A stretch of DNA of 64,000 nt from Camelus ferus. Taxonomy: Eukaryota. The stretch lies in assembly GCF_009834535.1 (NCBI RefSeq), contig NC_045696.1, forward strand, positions 22,384,001-22,448,000, in the 5' to 3' direction. This document shows positions 25,701-38,175 of this stretch, in pieces. Both the position numbers and the translations under genes were made by a program. The notes below the pieces were generated by a model, which was not told the origin of the DNA, ran no database searches, and worked only from the letters and a program-made list of their open reading frames with translations. Each line of letters begins with the position of its first letter. The first letter of the stretch is position 1.

Positions 25701-28285
25701 GATGAACCAGCATTACCCTGATACCAAAACCAAACAAGAATGCCACAAGGAAATAAAATTATTGGCCAATATCCTTGATGAACAAGATGCAAAAATTCTC
25801 AACAAAATATTAGCAAACTGAATTCAACAATATTTTAAAAGGGTCATACACCATGATCAAGTGGGATTTATTCCAGGGATACAGGGATGGTTCAACAATT
25901 GCAGATCACTCAGTGTGATACACTGCATTGACAAAATGGAGGATAAAAAGCACATAATCATCTTAAAAGATGTAGAAAAAGCATTTAACAAAATTTAACA
26001 TCCGTTTATAATAAAAACGCTCAACAAAGCACGTGTAGAGGGAATGTACCTCGACATGGTAAAGGCCATGTATGATGAGCCCACTGCTGACATCAGACTC
26101 AGTGGTGAAAGCTGAAAGCTTTTCCTCTACGTTCAGGAACAGGACAAGGATACCCACTCTCACCACTTTTATTCAACATAGTATTGGAAGTCCTACCAGA
26201 GCAATCTGGAAAAAAAAAAGGAAGTAAAAGCCACCCAAATTGGAAAAGAAGTAAAACTGTCAGTATTTGCAGATAACATAATATTATATTTAGAAAACCC
26301 TAACAATTCCAAGAAAAAATTGTTAGAACTAATATAAATGAATTTGGTAGAAGTGCAGCGTACAAACTCAGTATACTCAGTATACAGAAATCTGTTGCAT
26401 TTCTATACATTAATAATGAAATATCAGAAAGAGAAAGAAAACAATCCCATGTACAATTGCATCAAAAAGAATATAATAACTAGGAATAAATTTAACTAAG
26501 GAGGTGAAAGACCTGTGTATATTGAAAACTATAAGACATTAATGAAAGAAATTGAGGAAGACACAAATAAATGGTGAGGTATTCTGTGCTCATGGATTGG
26601 GAAATTAATAGTGTTAAAATGTCCATACTACTACAAGTAATCTGCAGGTTCAATGTAGTACCTGTCAAAATTCCAATGGCATTTTCTACAGAAATAGAAT
26701 AAACAATCCTAAAATTTGTTTGGAACCATAAAATATCCCAAAGAGCCAGAACAATCCTGAGAAAGAAGAACAAAGCTGGAGGCATCAAACTATATTATAA
26801 AGCTATATTTCAAACTATATTACAAAGCTACATTAATTAAAACAGTATAGTGTTGGCATAAACACACACACATAATCAGTGAAACAGAATAGAGAGCCTA
26901 GAAATAAGCCCACACATACATGGTCAATTAATATGACAGAGGGGCCACAACTATACAATGGGGAAAAGACAATCTCTTCAATAAATGATATTAGGAAAAC
27001 TGGACAGCTATATGCAAAAGAATAAGACTAGAGTACTGTCTTACACCGTACACAAAAACGAACTCAAATATGTTGAAGACTTGAATGTAAGACCTGGAAC
27101 TATAAAACTCCTGGGAAAAACAGTTGGTAAGCTCCTTGACATAGGTCTTGGTGATGATGTTTTTTGGATCTGACATCAGAAGAAGGAGCACAAAAGCAAG
27201 CAAGCAAACAAACAGAGCAAACAAAAAACCAAGAGGGACTACCTCAGCTAAAAACCTCTGCACAGCAAAGCAAACCATCGACAAATCGAGAAGGTAGTCT
27301 ACTGAATGGGACAGAATATTTGCAAATCATTTTTTCTGGTAAGAGGCTAATACACTAAATATGTGAAGAACTCATACATCTCAACAGTAAAACAAACAAA
27401 CAAACAAACAAAAAAAACCAAACCCCAAAACAAATAAAAAACACCCAAACAATAAAAAAAAAAAAACAAAACCCAAACAATCTGATTAAAAAATGGGCAG
27501 GATATGTGAATATCTGAATAGACATTTTTTCCAAAGAAGTTCTACAGTTGGCCAACAGGCACATGAAAAGATGTTTTACATCATTAATCACCAGAGAAAT
27601 GCAAATCAAAATCACAATGAGATATGACCTTACACCTGTTAGAATGGCTATTGTCAAAAAGACTAGAAAAAACTAGTGTTTTGCAAGGATGTGGAGAAAA
27701 GGGAACCCTCATGCACTGCTTTTGGGAATGGAAAACAGTATGGAGATTCTTCAAAAAATTAACAGTAAAACTACCAAATAATCCAGCAATTCCACTTTTG
27801 GCTGTTTATCTGAAGAAAATGAAATTGCCAGTTCAAAAAAAAAATATGAACACTCATGTTCATTTCAAAATTATCTACAGTAGCCAAGATATATAAACAA
27901 CCTACTTGTCCATTAATGGATGAGTGGATAACTAAGATGTAGTATGTACACATACACACACAAAATGAAATATCATTTAGTCATAAAAACAATAAAATCT
28001 TACCATTTGTGACAACATGGATGGACCTTGAGGGTGTTAACTGAAATAAGTCAGACAGAGAGTATCAAATATTATATAATCTCTCTTCTATGTGAAATCA
28101 AATAAATACATATATACATACAGACACACATATATATGTGCATATGTAAACTAAGCTCATAGATACAGAGAACAGATTGGTGGTTGACAGAGGTGGGAGG
28201 AGGTGGAGGGTGGGAGAAATTGTTAACTTTTTTTTTTTCTTTACTTTAAATAAATTGAATAAAAAAGATAATTTCTGTCAAAAAA
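22726..28285 (+). mobile_element. Near full-length inactive L1 (part of 5'UTR, ORF1, ORF2, 3'UTR, A tail) with an internal deletion
   Basis: ORF2 remnants YTLFSSAHGTFSKIDYILGHK (endonuclease C-terminus), [26 protein letters not shown] (~26266), C-terminal CGEKGTLMHC; many stops and frameshifts. Confidence 0.95.
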
Positions 28286-29529
28286 AATTAAAGTGGTTGG
28301 TGTTTTAAGCCATTAAGTGTTGAGAAGTTCTGTTATGCAGTAAAAGCTGAGAGATGCAAAGATCCTTATTTTAGAATCTGTTTCAAATTGCTTTAGCACT
28401 TACAGTTTTCAAAGTGACTGATTTTTCTGTTTGCTGCATCTGCTAATTCTCATCATGGTCGTTCATTTTTTTCATATATATTGTAATTTTTTATGGGGAC
28501 CTATTTGTGGGGAAGAATTTTGTTGAGGGCCTCTGTGGTTCCTAGGTCATGAATGTGAAAGAACAGTTTTGATCTGATAGGGTTCTTCTGGATAAGCCCA
28601 AGCTATTTCAATGCTCTGGACAAGTTGTAATTTTAATTTCTTGGCTGTAAATTTTGCACTGTACAAGTGTTTAAATTTGCATCTAGATGGAAAGATTTTT
28701 TTTTGTTGTTGCTTCACTCTTTGGATAATTTTTCTAGATCTACTTTTACATAAACTAGGAAGCTCTTTGTGGTTCTGAGTATTATTTGAGGGCTCAATTC
28801 CAGTTTCTCCTCCTCCAACTCCCCTGAAGCCACACCCTCTATTATCTCATGGGTATTAAAACCTTAGCCCTAGATTTCAAGGGCAGTTTTTATTTTTGGC
28901 TTCTGGAAGTAGCTCTTTTCTTCTATGGAGCAGAGCTATTGAGAATAAATTAATTCTATTTGTCCTTCATTTCTATGTGTCTGTATCCATATTTATTTCC
29001 TGCCATGTCAAATAAGTCTACTGTCTTTCTATATGTCTGGGTAGGATTCTATAACACTGATTACTATCTGCTGATTATTTGCCACAAATTCAGCATGTAT
29101 TCAGTATTGCTCCTATTTCCTCTATTAGCTTCTTTCAGCCTTTAAAATTATCTGTCTTATCCCGTGTCCAGTGAGTAATTTATAAATTCCTTAGGGGAAG
29201 ATACCACGTTTTGTTCTTGTTGTACTGCACCTGTCTGTATTGCGAGGGAAGTTTTAGGAATGTGTATTAATGGTTGAAAGAACTGTATGTCCCACCACAA
29301 CAGGATTCAAGCTTTGGAATGGAAGTGATGAGGTTTTGTTTAGTTTGTGAGAATTGGTAAAATATTGGAGGGTATCTTATTAATGTGAGCCATGCCACTG
29401 CAGTCACAAGAGCAACAAGGTCGCCTCAGTTCTCTGTTTTACATTATCTCAGAATAAATCTTTTTACTGCAGCCTTTGCCAGGGCTGCCAGCAGGAGCAG
29501 GTGAAAGCAGACTGTTCCTTGTCTTGGCT

Positions 29530-29926
29530 GTGCTGAGGCTATTGCTTTCTGTCCTGGCTTCTCTGCCACAGCCCTGGGGAGATGCCTTTGGGAACCTGTC
29601 CAGCCATTCTGCTGTGTGGACAAACCCAGAAGGGAAAGTATGTTAACATCTCAGTGGGGCAACCTTTGGCCAGTGGAGGATGGGAGACTGGACAAATCAT
29701 CTACTCATTGGTCCCTCAGGTGAACAACTCTGACTCACTCTACACAGCTTCTCAGTAGGATCAAGGTCCACTTGCCCACAGTGTTGACCAGTTCCTAATA
29801 CACTGTGGTTTATCTTTCTTTTCCCAGTTGCCCTCTGCCAAGCCTTTACTCTTGTGCCCCCAAACTGCTTTCAACTTGTCACAGGCTCTACTTTTTTTTG
29901 TGGGGGTGGGACCCAGGCTAAGACAG
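29530..29926 (+). mobile_element. ERVL LTR (LTR16-like)
   Basis: ACAAACCCAGAAG..., CCACTTGCCCACAGTG, ends GGGACCCAGGCTAAGACA. Confidence 0.7.
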
Positions 29927-31059
29927 CTAACCTGACATATAGAGCAGTTGGTGAAGAGGCCTCACTTCCCTGAAAGGGAGGTTCAATATTATCAATTAAT
30001 TCACAAATCTTACTTAAAAACGTATGTCTGACTGAGAAAAAATTGGCTAAGTTCAAGGGGAGGGATTTGAGGATCCCAGAGCCTTGGAGGGATCTCTAGA
30101 AGAACTTGAATTCTAGTGGAAGAATCTTTAAGCAGCAGATGCCAAGGAGGGTTGAACTGGCAGGGAGGGTGGTGGCGAGGGACTGGCATTACAGAGCCAG
30201 AGAAAGCAGTACTTAGGACTCCAAACACTCCCAAAATATGTTGTTTTCCATATTTTGAGTTCTGTATTCTCAAATATCCTCTACTTTTTTTTCTCAACTG
30301 AAAATAATGCATATTTCCCCCCCTGGGAAAAAATAATACATTTTGACATGGTTTAAAAGATATGTTGGGAAGAATGCCGCCATGTCCTGCCCTGCTGTCT
30401 GCCCCATATTTTGAGGAGTCACCCCAAGTCCTTGCTTCAGACATGTAAGATTCCCCATCCCTTATACCATTAATGTCTCTGTTGCTGAAGGAAACAAACA
30501 ACAAAAAAAAGCTGAGCTGTGTTGTAACCGTGTGGATCCAACTGATTATTGAATCAAGATTCTAGTGTCCAGGAGTGTGAGGCTAGATGGCTCACAGGTC
30601 TTGCTGAATGCTACTTCAATAAAGCCAGTTCTTCTTTGACTGATAAACCAATATGTGACAATAAGACACTCTAGAGGTTGAGGCCAAAGAGAATAAAATG
30701 TTCCCTAGACACTTTACTCCTGGTTGTGTTTTCTGCCTTGACCGTAGCTGACGGTCCGCTCCTTATGCCGGGGAAGTTTTCGTGTGTCCCTTTCACAGTG
30801 GCTCTGAGAAGTCCTACTCATGGCAGGGAACACTGGTTTGAATTTCAGCCACAGCCTTTTGTGGGTTATACCTACGGGAGCTTGAACAGCAACTTAGGAA
30901 ACAGAAATCTTGTCTGTCTCTTAAGTAAATAAATATTTATTAGGTGGACTGATATATAAATTTATGATATCAAGAAGAGCCAACCTTTATAAGAAACATG
31001 ACTTCTTTCATGTTTAAACAGCTTAAACAGACTATTACATAAATAATAGGTGGTAGTGA

Positions 31060-31520
31060 AAGCATTGAGAACAAATGATCGAGAATCTACCTGTGCTAGG
31101 CTAGATCCTATGGCTGGATGTTTTCCATACACCATTTCTGGTCTTCAGAACAGCCCTGCAAAATAAATATTAGTCTCCTTATTTTCCAGTGGAAGAAAAT
31201 GAAACTCAGAATTCCTCACCCAAGAACAGACAGCTGGCAAGTGGCAGTGCTTGGGTTAGAATGACTGTCAGCATCGTAATCATTAAGGTTGCTGACATTT
31301 ATTGTGTACACACTGATGAGCACATCTGGGAGGAGCACCTTATATGTGTTATTTTAACTCCCATAATGACTCCTTGAGCTACTCATATTATACTCATTTT
31401 ATATATGAAGAAAGTGAATTTTGAAGGTTAAGTCACTGCATGAAGATCATACAATGGGTACGCAGCAGCTCTGGAATTTTAATTGGAACTTACAGGGCTC
31501 TGATGCCTTCACCCATTTCA
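31060..31520 (-). mobile_element. Two MIR fragments
   Basis: CCTTATTTTCCAGTGGAAGAAAATGAAACTCAG; CTCATTTTATATATGAAGAAAGTG...GGTTAAGTCACT. Confidence 0.6.
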
Positions 31521-32720
31521 CTAGGGCTCTAAAAACAGATTTCTTCTGTCCTGCCCTATGCTTGTCTCAGCTGACATGCTTCTGTCAAGCATTTGACAGG
31601 CTAAGTTCCACTTCCCTCTGTTTCCCCCAAGGGTCTGACTACAGCTGCTCTCTTACAGGAACTGCTAACAGCTCTAGTTTAAGCAATGTGCAAAATAACC
31701 GATGCGCATAAAACCTCTTCCTCCAAGGCCTCTCTGTGGTTCATTTTCTGAAATAACAAGACCAAGAGGTGGCCCTGCAGGGTCAACAGATGAAACGTTG
31801 GTAACTTCAGTGCCTCAGTGAAGCAACGGGCAAGATTTAATGGAAAATAGGCACATTTTATGGTAAATCAGTTCCATTTGTGAGAATTCCTCAAATGGTG
31901 TCTAAGGAGCCATGACAAGCTGGAAAACTAGATGGACGATTGATTCAGATGTCTGCTGTTATATTTTCCTTCCTTTGGACACAGCATGTGTGTTTCTTAA
32001 GTAGCAGGGCTATATATAGATCCTCAGGCTTCAATGTAGGGAGAAAGAATTTCACATGTAGGTTGCATATCAACTTTCTGGGTTTTTTCAAAACATCTTT
32101 GACATTTCTGCATTCAGAGAAGAACCTGTGAACAATACAATGGAGGCAAGCAACAGTCTCGTTTCTGTTTCTAGAGTTAATAACAAGGTGCCAGATGGTT
32201 TTCTTATTTTCTCAAAACACCTAGCCTCCCTTTTACATTCAACCCTTGAACTGTCTCATCTAGATAGAAAGCATGACTTTTGTGAGAGTTCCTTAAAGTA
32301 ATTGTAAAATCTGTTAGTTAGCTCCTAAATAGCAAAACGATGCAGTGACATGAATCTACAGCACACAAAGGTACAGTTTTAATACACACTTATGTATGCA
32401 AACTAAAGAGGAAAGTGCAGTGATGGAAATGGAATCCATTTTTACAATAACTGTACTGTCGTGTAAAGCTCTTGACTTCTTTGAACAGTTGCTATGTCTG
32501 TGAATTGGGGTTATGTCTTTTAAGGATTGCAAACATTTTTCTAGGTCCTAAGATCTTTGTGTATTCTATTCTACACAAATACAAGATCCCACTACAGATG
32601 TTACCCAAAGAGAAAAGATGAAGAATTCCTGATTATCATCATCTGCTAATTTATGAAAAAAAATTTTAATCCCCAAGCCCCCACCCTGTTCCTTTGCAGG
32701 TCTCTTATGTAGTTTATGGC

Positions 32721-33800
32721 TTTTTTTTTTTTCTGTTTTGAATTGATGTATTGACATGTTTCTTTTACAGAATCATATGTTTCCAATTGAGGTAGAGTTT
32801 CATGTAAGACATGACATCCTACACTTGTACCATAGTGTGATTCCCAATGTTTAAAGGTGATATTCCATTGATTGATATTATCAACTGTTGGATCTATTGC
32901 CATTGGATCTATCATGGTATACAATATATATCCTTGGAGCTGACTGTATACCTCACAGTTTGTACCTCCCCATCCCCCACCTTCACCCTGCCCCTCCCCC
33001 TTCCCTCTCCCCACCGGTAACCATTAGTTCCTTCTCTACATCTGGGAGTCTGTTTCCTTTCCGGGATAGTCACGCAGTGGTTGCCTTTTTTAGATTCCAC
33101 ATGGAAGTGGTATCTTAGAGGACTTGTCTTTGTCTGCCTGACTTCTTTCACTTACCATAATGCCCTCTAAAAACATTCATGCTCTGCACCGGAAGGTGAC
33201 ACAACATTTTCAATCCAATGTCTTTCAATTCAAGAGCAAACCAACAAACTCCCCATTTTGAAAAGGGGGCAGAGGAAATGAACAGACCTCCCTCCAAAAG
33301 GGGAAATGCAGATGGCCCACAGGAACACGAAAAATCGCTCCACATCGCTCCCATCAGGGAAGTGCAAATCCAAATCACCATGAGATACCATCTCCCAGCT
33401 ATAAGAATGGCCATTCTCCCAAGGAACACACACACACACACACAAACATATGCTGCCAAGCATGTGGATAAAAGGGAACCGTTGTACAGTGTGGGTGGGA
33501 GAGCAAATTGATGCAGCCACTATGCAAAACGGTATGGAGGTTTCTCCAAAACCTCATCATTGAACCCCCCTCAGGCCCATGCGTTCCACTCCTCGGCATA
33601 GAGTCAAGACAAAGACATTGATTCCAAAAGCATTTGTGGAAGAAACCAAAGCTCAAGTCTTGCTTGCATTGTCTGGTTCCTGACGGGGAGGTGATTCGGT
33701 TTCTTCATTGATTTCTGCTTGAAGGAGGTACGGGGCGTTGAACCTGGGACCTCTTGGGTGCTAAGCATGTGCTTTACCACTTGAGCTATACCCTTCCCCC
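32721..33800 (-). mobile_element. Hyper-diverged composite of SINE + L1 fragments with a fresh poly(A)
   Basis: T12 (32721-32732); minus L1 3'UTR to ~33185; plus L1 3' tip ~33186-33240; plus ORF2 piece (IREVQIQITMRYHL) to ~33640; minus SINE ~33660-33800. Confidence 0.75.
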
Positions 33801-33811
33801 ACAACTGGCTT

Positions 33812-34290
33812 ACTTTTCTTCCTTTCTTCCTTTCTTCCTTCTCTCTTTCTTTCTTTGTTTTTTCTGAGTTATAGTCATTTTACAATGTTGTGTCAAATTC
33901 CAGTATAGAGCACAATTTTTCATTTATGAACATATGTATATTCATTGTCACATTTTTTTTTTGCTGTGAGCCACCACAAGATCTTGTATATATTTCCCTG
34001 TGCTATACAGTATAATCTTGTTTATCTATTCTATATATACCTGTCAGTATCTACAAATTTTGAACTCTCAGTCTGTCCCTTCCCACCTCCCGCCCCCTTG
34101 GCAACCACAAGTTTGTATTCTATGTCTATGAGTCTGTTTCTGTCTTGTATTTATGTTCTTCTTTTTTTCTTTTGTTAGATTCCGCATATGAGTGATCTCA
34201 TATGGTATTTTTCTTTCTTTTTCTGGCTTACTTCACTTAGAATGACATTCTCCAGGAACATCCATGTTGCTGCAAATGGTGTTATGTTCT
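33812..34290 (-). mobile_element. Young 5'-truncated L1 3' end
   Basis: (TTC/TTTC) tail then GAGTTATAGTCATTTTACAATGTTGTGTCAAATTCC; near-identical to the 6776 and 43846 copies. Confidence 0.93.
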
Positions 34291-34689
34291 TTCCTGCTTT
34301 CCTGAAAAGGGACACCAATGAGTTATCATTATCATGCAGTCTCTGTTAAGAGACCATTCCCCAACAGGGCAATCCAGCTGGCCCTGGCTAGCCTTTGATT
34401 TGACAATGTCACTAGAAAAATTCTCTGCCAATGATTTAATAAAGTCCAGATTCAAACTTGAAAAAGCAGAACACGAGGATTGGACTGATTTTTCAAATCC
34501 TCTAATGTGAATGGAAAGGTGGTCTTCAATAGGCTAATTTCTTCACTTGCTTCTTGTATCCCAAATAAGGATAGGAAGCATGGAACCTGGTTTCACGTAA
34601 AAGGAAAAGTAGGCAGGACCCCTGCACTCTCCTCCCTCATGCCCCTAGACATTAGAGGAAAGGTAGCTCCAGTATTTGTTGTGTCCTCC

Positions 34690-34800
34690 TTAGGTCATGT
34701 ACTTAACTGTGGTAGGGCATACGTAAAGAAGGCCTTACCTTTATTTTACAGATGAAGAGACTGAGGTTCAGAGTGGTTAAATATCTCAAAAATTACACTC
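34690..34800 (-). mobile_element. MIR fragment
   Basis: TTATTTTACAGATGAAGAGACTGAGGTTCAGAGTGGTTAAAT. Confidence 0.7.
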
Positions 34801-35485
34801 CAGCACTGGCTTAGTTTGCTCTAATTTCTCTATTCCTGTAAACATGAAGGAGTATTATTTCTTGTATAGACTTTGCCCACTCCTTTACCTGCAACCCACC
34901 AAAACAAAATAAATATGCCTTGGAAAATCCCGCCAAATGTAATTTGGACTTGACATTTCTATTAATATGTTTAGTTTTACCAGATGAAAAGTAAATACAT
35001 TACTCTCTTCTTTCCTTCCTCTCTTCCATCTCTCCTCTCCTCTTCTCTCTCTCTTTTTAACTTTTTATATCAAAAATATAAATGTGTAGAGCATAAAGAG
35101 TTGAATAGTTGTGAAAGCCAGCAATCTGCTGTTTCTTCTTTGCCCTTTGTCTTCCCCCAAGAAGAAACTATATTCACCCATTTTAACCGCTAAATTTTGT
35201 ATTTACATTTTTAGCTCTAAATGGCATGTAATGTGCTTTTCTGCCTACTTCTTGATTTATCCGTTGTATGCATCATCTGTCAGTTTCTTACGGTGGAAGA
35301 CGAGGATTTAGTTCTTCTTCCCCCAGTTCCCACCGTACCTGTGTGCCCTTTCCATGAACTCATCTTTCCACACAGCTATACTGGAATTTTGTCTGGATTA
35401 GTATTCAGTGTTCAGTGTTTAAATTACTATAAGGAATATTCACAGGTTTACCAGGTAGTAAATTATGATTACCTTTTCTTTCTTT

Positions 35486-35587
35486 CTTTCTTTTTTTTAA
35501 TTGAAGTATAGTCAGTTTCCAGTGTGTCAATTTCTGGTGTACAGCAAAATGTTTCAGTCATACATATACACACATACATATTCGTTT
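35486..35587 (-). mobile_element. L1 extreme 3' end (L1 half of U6/L1 chimera)
   Basis: TTTTAATTGAAGTATAGTCAG...AATTTCTGGTGTACAGC; same type as 50280-50370. Confidence 0.9.
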
Positions 35588-35690
35588 AAAAAATGTAGAT
35601 GGCTTCATGAATTTGCATGTCGTCTTGTGCAGGGACCATGCTAATCTTTGTATCGTTCCAGTTTAGTATATGTGCTGCCCAAGTGAGCAC
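35588..35690 (-). pseudogene. RNU6: U6 snRNA retropseudogene (full length, fused to L1)
   Basis: Reverse complement GTGCTCACTTGGGCAGCACATATACTAAACTGGAACGATACAAAGATTAGCATGGTCCCTGCACAAGACGACATGCAAATTCATGAAGCCATCTACATTTTTT matches U6 with CpG decay; the ACAGAGA box is damaged. Confidence 0.96.
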
Positions 35691-37029
35691 CAATTACCTT
35701 TTCTTTCTTTTGTCTATACCACTAGGTTGGTGTGTGTGGATGTGGTGTAATATACAATGTTCACTCTCACTGTCAGCATGCCCCAATTTGGAAACCGTTC
35801 AACACTGTATTTGCTAATTATCTGAGTATTCTAGACATTACATTGTACCTGAGGAAATTTCTTGTAGAGCCTTTGGATCAACAGGGGTTGGCGCTGATTG
35901 TCATCTGTGCCTGTGCACAGCTGTCATCCTGGGGTCTCTATTTATATCATCTAGTGGACTCCAGCCAGCCCTTTCCTTGCATTCTCTGTCATCTTCTTGA
36001 TTCATTCCTTCCTATTCATAGGCCTGGGAGCTTTCTACTTTATACACTTCCATAAGTTTTGAATTTTTTAGTACAATAATCTATATGTGGAAGAAACAAT
36101 TGAGCCAACAACACTGACTCTTTATAAAATTCCAACATATTAGCTTCTTTTCTGAACTACTACCTTCTCCCCACCCCCGCCTGCTCCTGTCCACTGGGGC
36201 TTGGCGCAGATGAAGAGACTCCTGAGAGTTAATTGCCTGGAGGGCTGCACAAAGTCAAGTTTTCTTTGTTGTGAATACAGCCCAGAGCAGCTAGGAGAGA
36301 TTATTGCAGACACCACACCAGCAATGAGGTCGTTTTCTCTCTCCCTATATCCTTTGAAGAGGGCACGTAGTCCACTGAGCCGAGAGAGTGCTGGAGTGGA
36401 AACCCAGTCATCCCTACCAGGGCTGGGCCGTGTCCTGTAGACCTGCAGTGAATATCTGGTTAAGATAAGGGGCCTGGCTTTGTACCCTTAGAAGCCACTT
36501 CTCAAAAAAAAATAAGGTGCCAGTATTCCTATTAGGTCCTTAGAGATATTTGGGGGCAGATTCAATTTCCTCAAGCCATAATCTAATGATTATAGTAAAA
36601 CTACTGTGGCCCAGAATCTATCTTTTTAAATTGTGTTTTAATTTTTATGAAAATAATCATGTGCATAGTTCAAATTGTCAAATAGCTTATTTTGATGGAA
36701 AAAACAGTCGTTACCTGCTCCAACTTTCCCATCTCATGAAAACTGCACCTTGGAGGCAATACCACATTCTACATTTTGGTTATTTCTCCTTTTAAAAAAA
36801 CACACTTTTACTTTTCTTTCTTGGTTTTCTATTTTAGATGTTATCTAATTATTATTATTTTTTTTTTACTGTAGAACATTAGAATTTCCTAGCTTTTATG
36901 TCATTCTACCTTCTTGAACACACTCTTCCATTCCTCCCCATTCCTGGAATATTTAAGCCACAGTTCTGGGTTAAGTCAACATCCAGCATTACCTCCATTA
37001 TGACTGTGTAGCTGTTTTCAGAGGCAGTT

Positions 37030-37512
37030 GGCTATGGGCTTTTTCTCCAGGGGTCTTGTGCATTTCTGTGCATCTTATGAGCAGAGGCACTGACAACTTG
37101 TGTTCCTGATCACCATTTCAAGGATGTACATGTAGTGAACAGCCTTGGAAGACAGCAGTAGTGTCTCCCTCCAGGGCAGAGGGCAAGCTTGATTACTGTC
37201 CAGTATGATAATGTCTTTCAACCGTGTTTGCTTTCAGTCCATTATAAAAGACTAGGGTCCCCCAAACTCAGCGTTTCTCAGCTGTGATACAAACCCTCTG
37301 TCTGTGCAGCATCCCCCCGGCCACTCTTTGTCACCACCGGGGAAACTGAAGGGCAAGGGGGCCAGAGTGACCAGGCAGCTATTCTGTGAGTAATCAGATC
37401 CTCTGCCTCTGATCCAAGAGTCTCGCATCTATTGCTGGCATCCGTGAAGCTGGCAGGCTCATATACTGGCTTGTGAGTAGGGTAAAGTCTCTGATTCTTC
37501 CCGGTTCTTTAC
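37030..37512 (+). mobile_element. ERV1-type solo LTR (MER89/MER90-like)
   Basis: GAGCAGAGGCACTGAC, AACAGCCTTGGAAGAC..TGTCTCCCTCC, TATAAAAG TATA-like box, GTGAGTAATCAGATCC poly(A) region. Confidence 0.6.
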
Positions 37513-37639
37513 TCTACCTTCATTGTCCTTCTCTTAACTTTTAGAAATTTCTCGGGCTTAATACTTGCTTTTGTTTTTGTCTTTTCTTTGCTGAGTTTGG
37601 AAACCCTGATGAGATTCACTGAGAAATCACATCCTGATT

Positions 37640-38175
37640 TTCACGATATTCCTGTCAATGATACATGACCTGGTCCTGAGACACACCGTGAGTGTCACCC
37701 TATGGAATGTGACACTTACATTCTTTAAAAACTGGTAAGGACAGCAGAGACTGAGAAGTAGTGTTTTGCGTTGAAAGGCTCCAAAGAGACATAAGAACTA
37801 AAGTCAATACATATTCCTTGGCGTAACCCTGAGCCAGAAAGAAGAAAGAGAGTTTTGGACAGTTGGTGAAATTTGGATGGGTGAGTGTCCTTGTTTTTGG
37901 GAAACATACACTAGATTATTTAGGGGTGATGAGACATCATGTCTGAAGCTTTCTTTTAAAAGGTGAATGATAATGGGTATATTACCTCCTCCTACATGCA
38001 CGCACGCGCACACACACACACGCACACACATTTGGAGAGAGACAGAGAGAGAGCTGGCAATCATGAATATTCAGTAAAATGTTAACATTTGGGAAGTCTG
38101 CATAAAAGAAACACAGGAGGTCTTTGATCTGATCTGGAAATTTTAATGTATGTTATTTCAAAGTAGATTAAAGAG
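37640..38175 (+). mobile_element. Ancient L1 (L1MC-like) 3'UTR
   Basis: TTGGGAAACATACACTAG..TATTTAGGGGTGATG...AGTAAAATGTTAACATTTGGGAA. Confidence 0.65.

Noticed and set aside
24650..27896. L1 ORF2-like ORFs as a functional reverse transcriptase
   Set aside because: Fragmented by stops and frameshifts; catalytic FADD reads FADN; endonuclease N-terminus deleted.
35588..35690. Functional U6 gene
   Set aside because: ACAGAGA box damaged, multiple substitutions, no evident upstream PSE/TATA, and bounded by a TSD.
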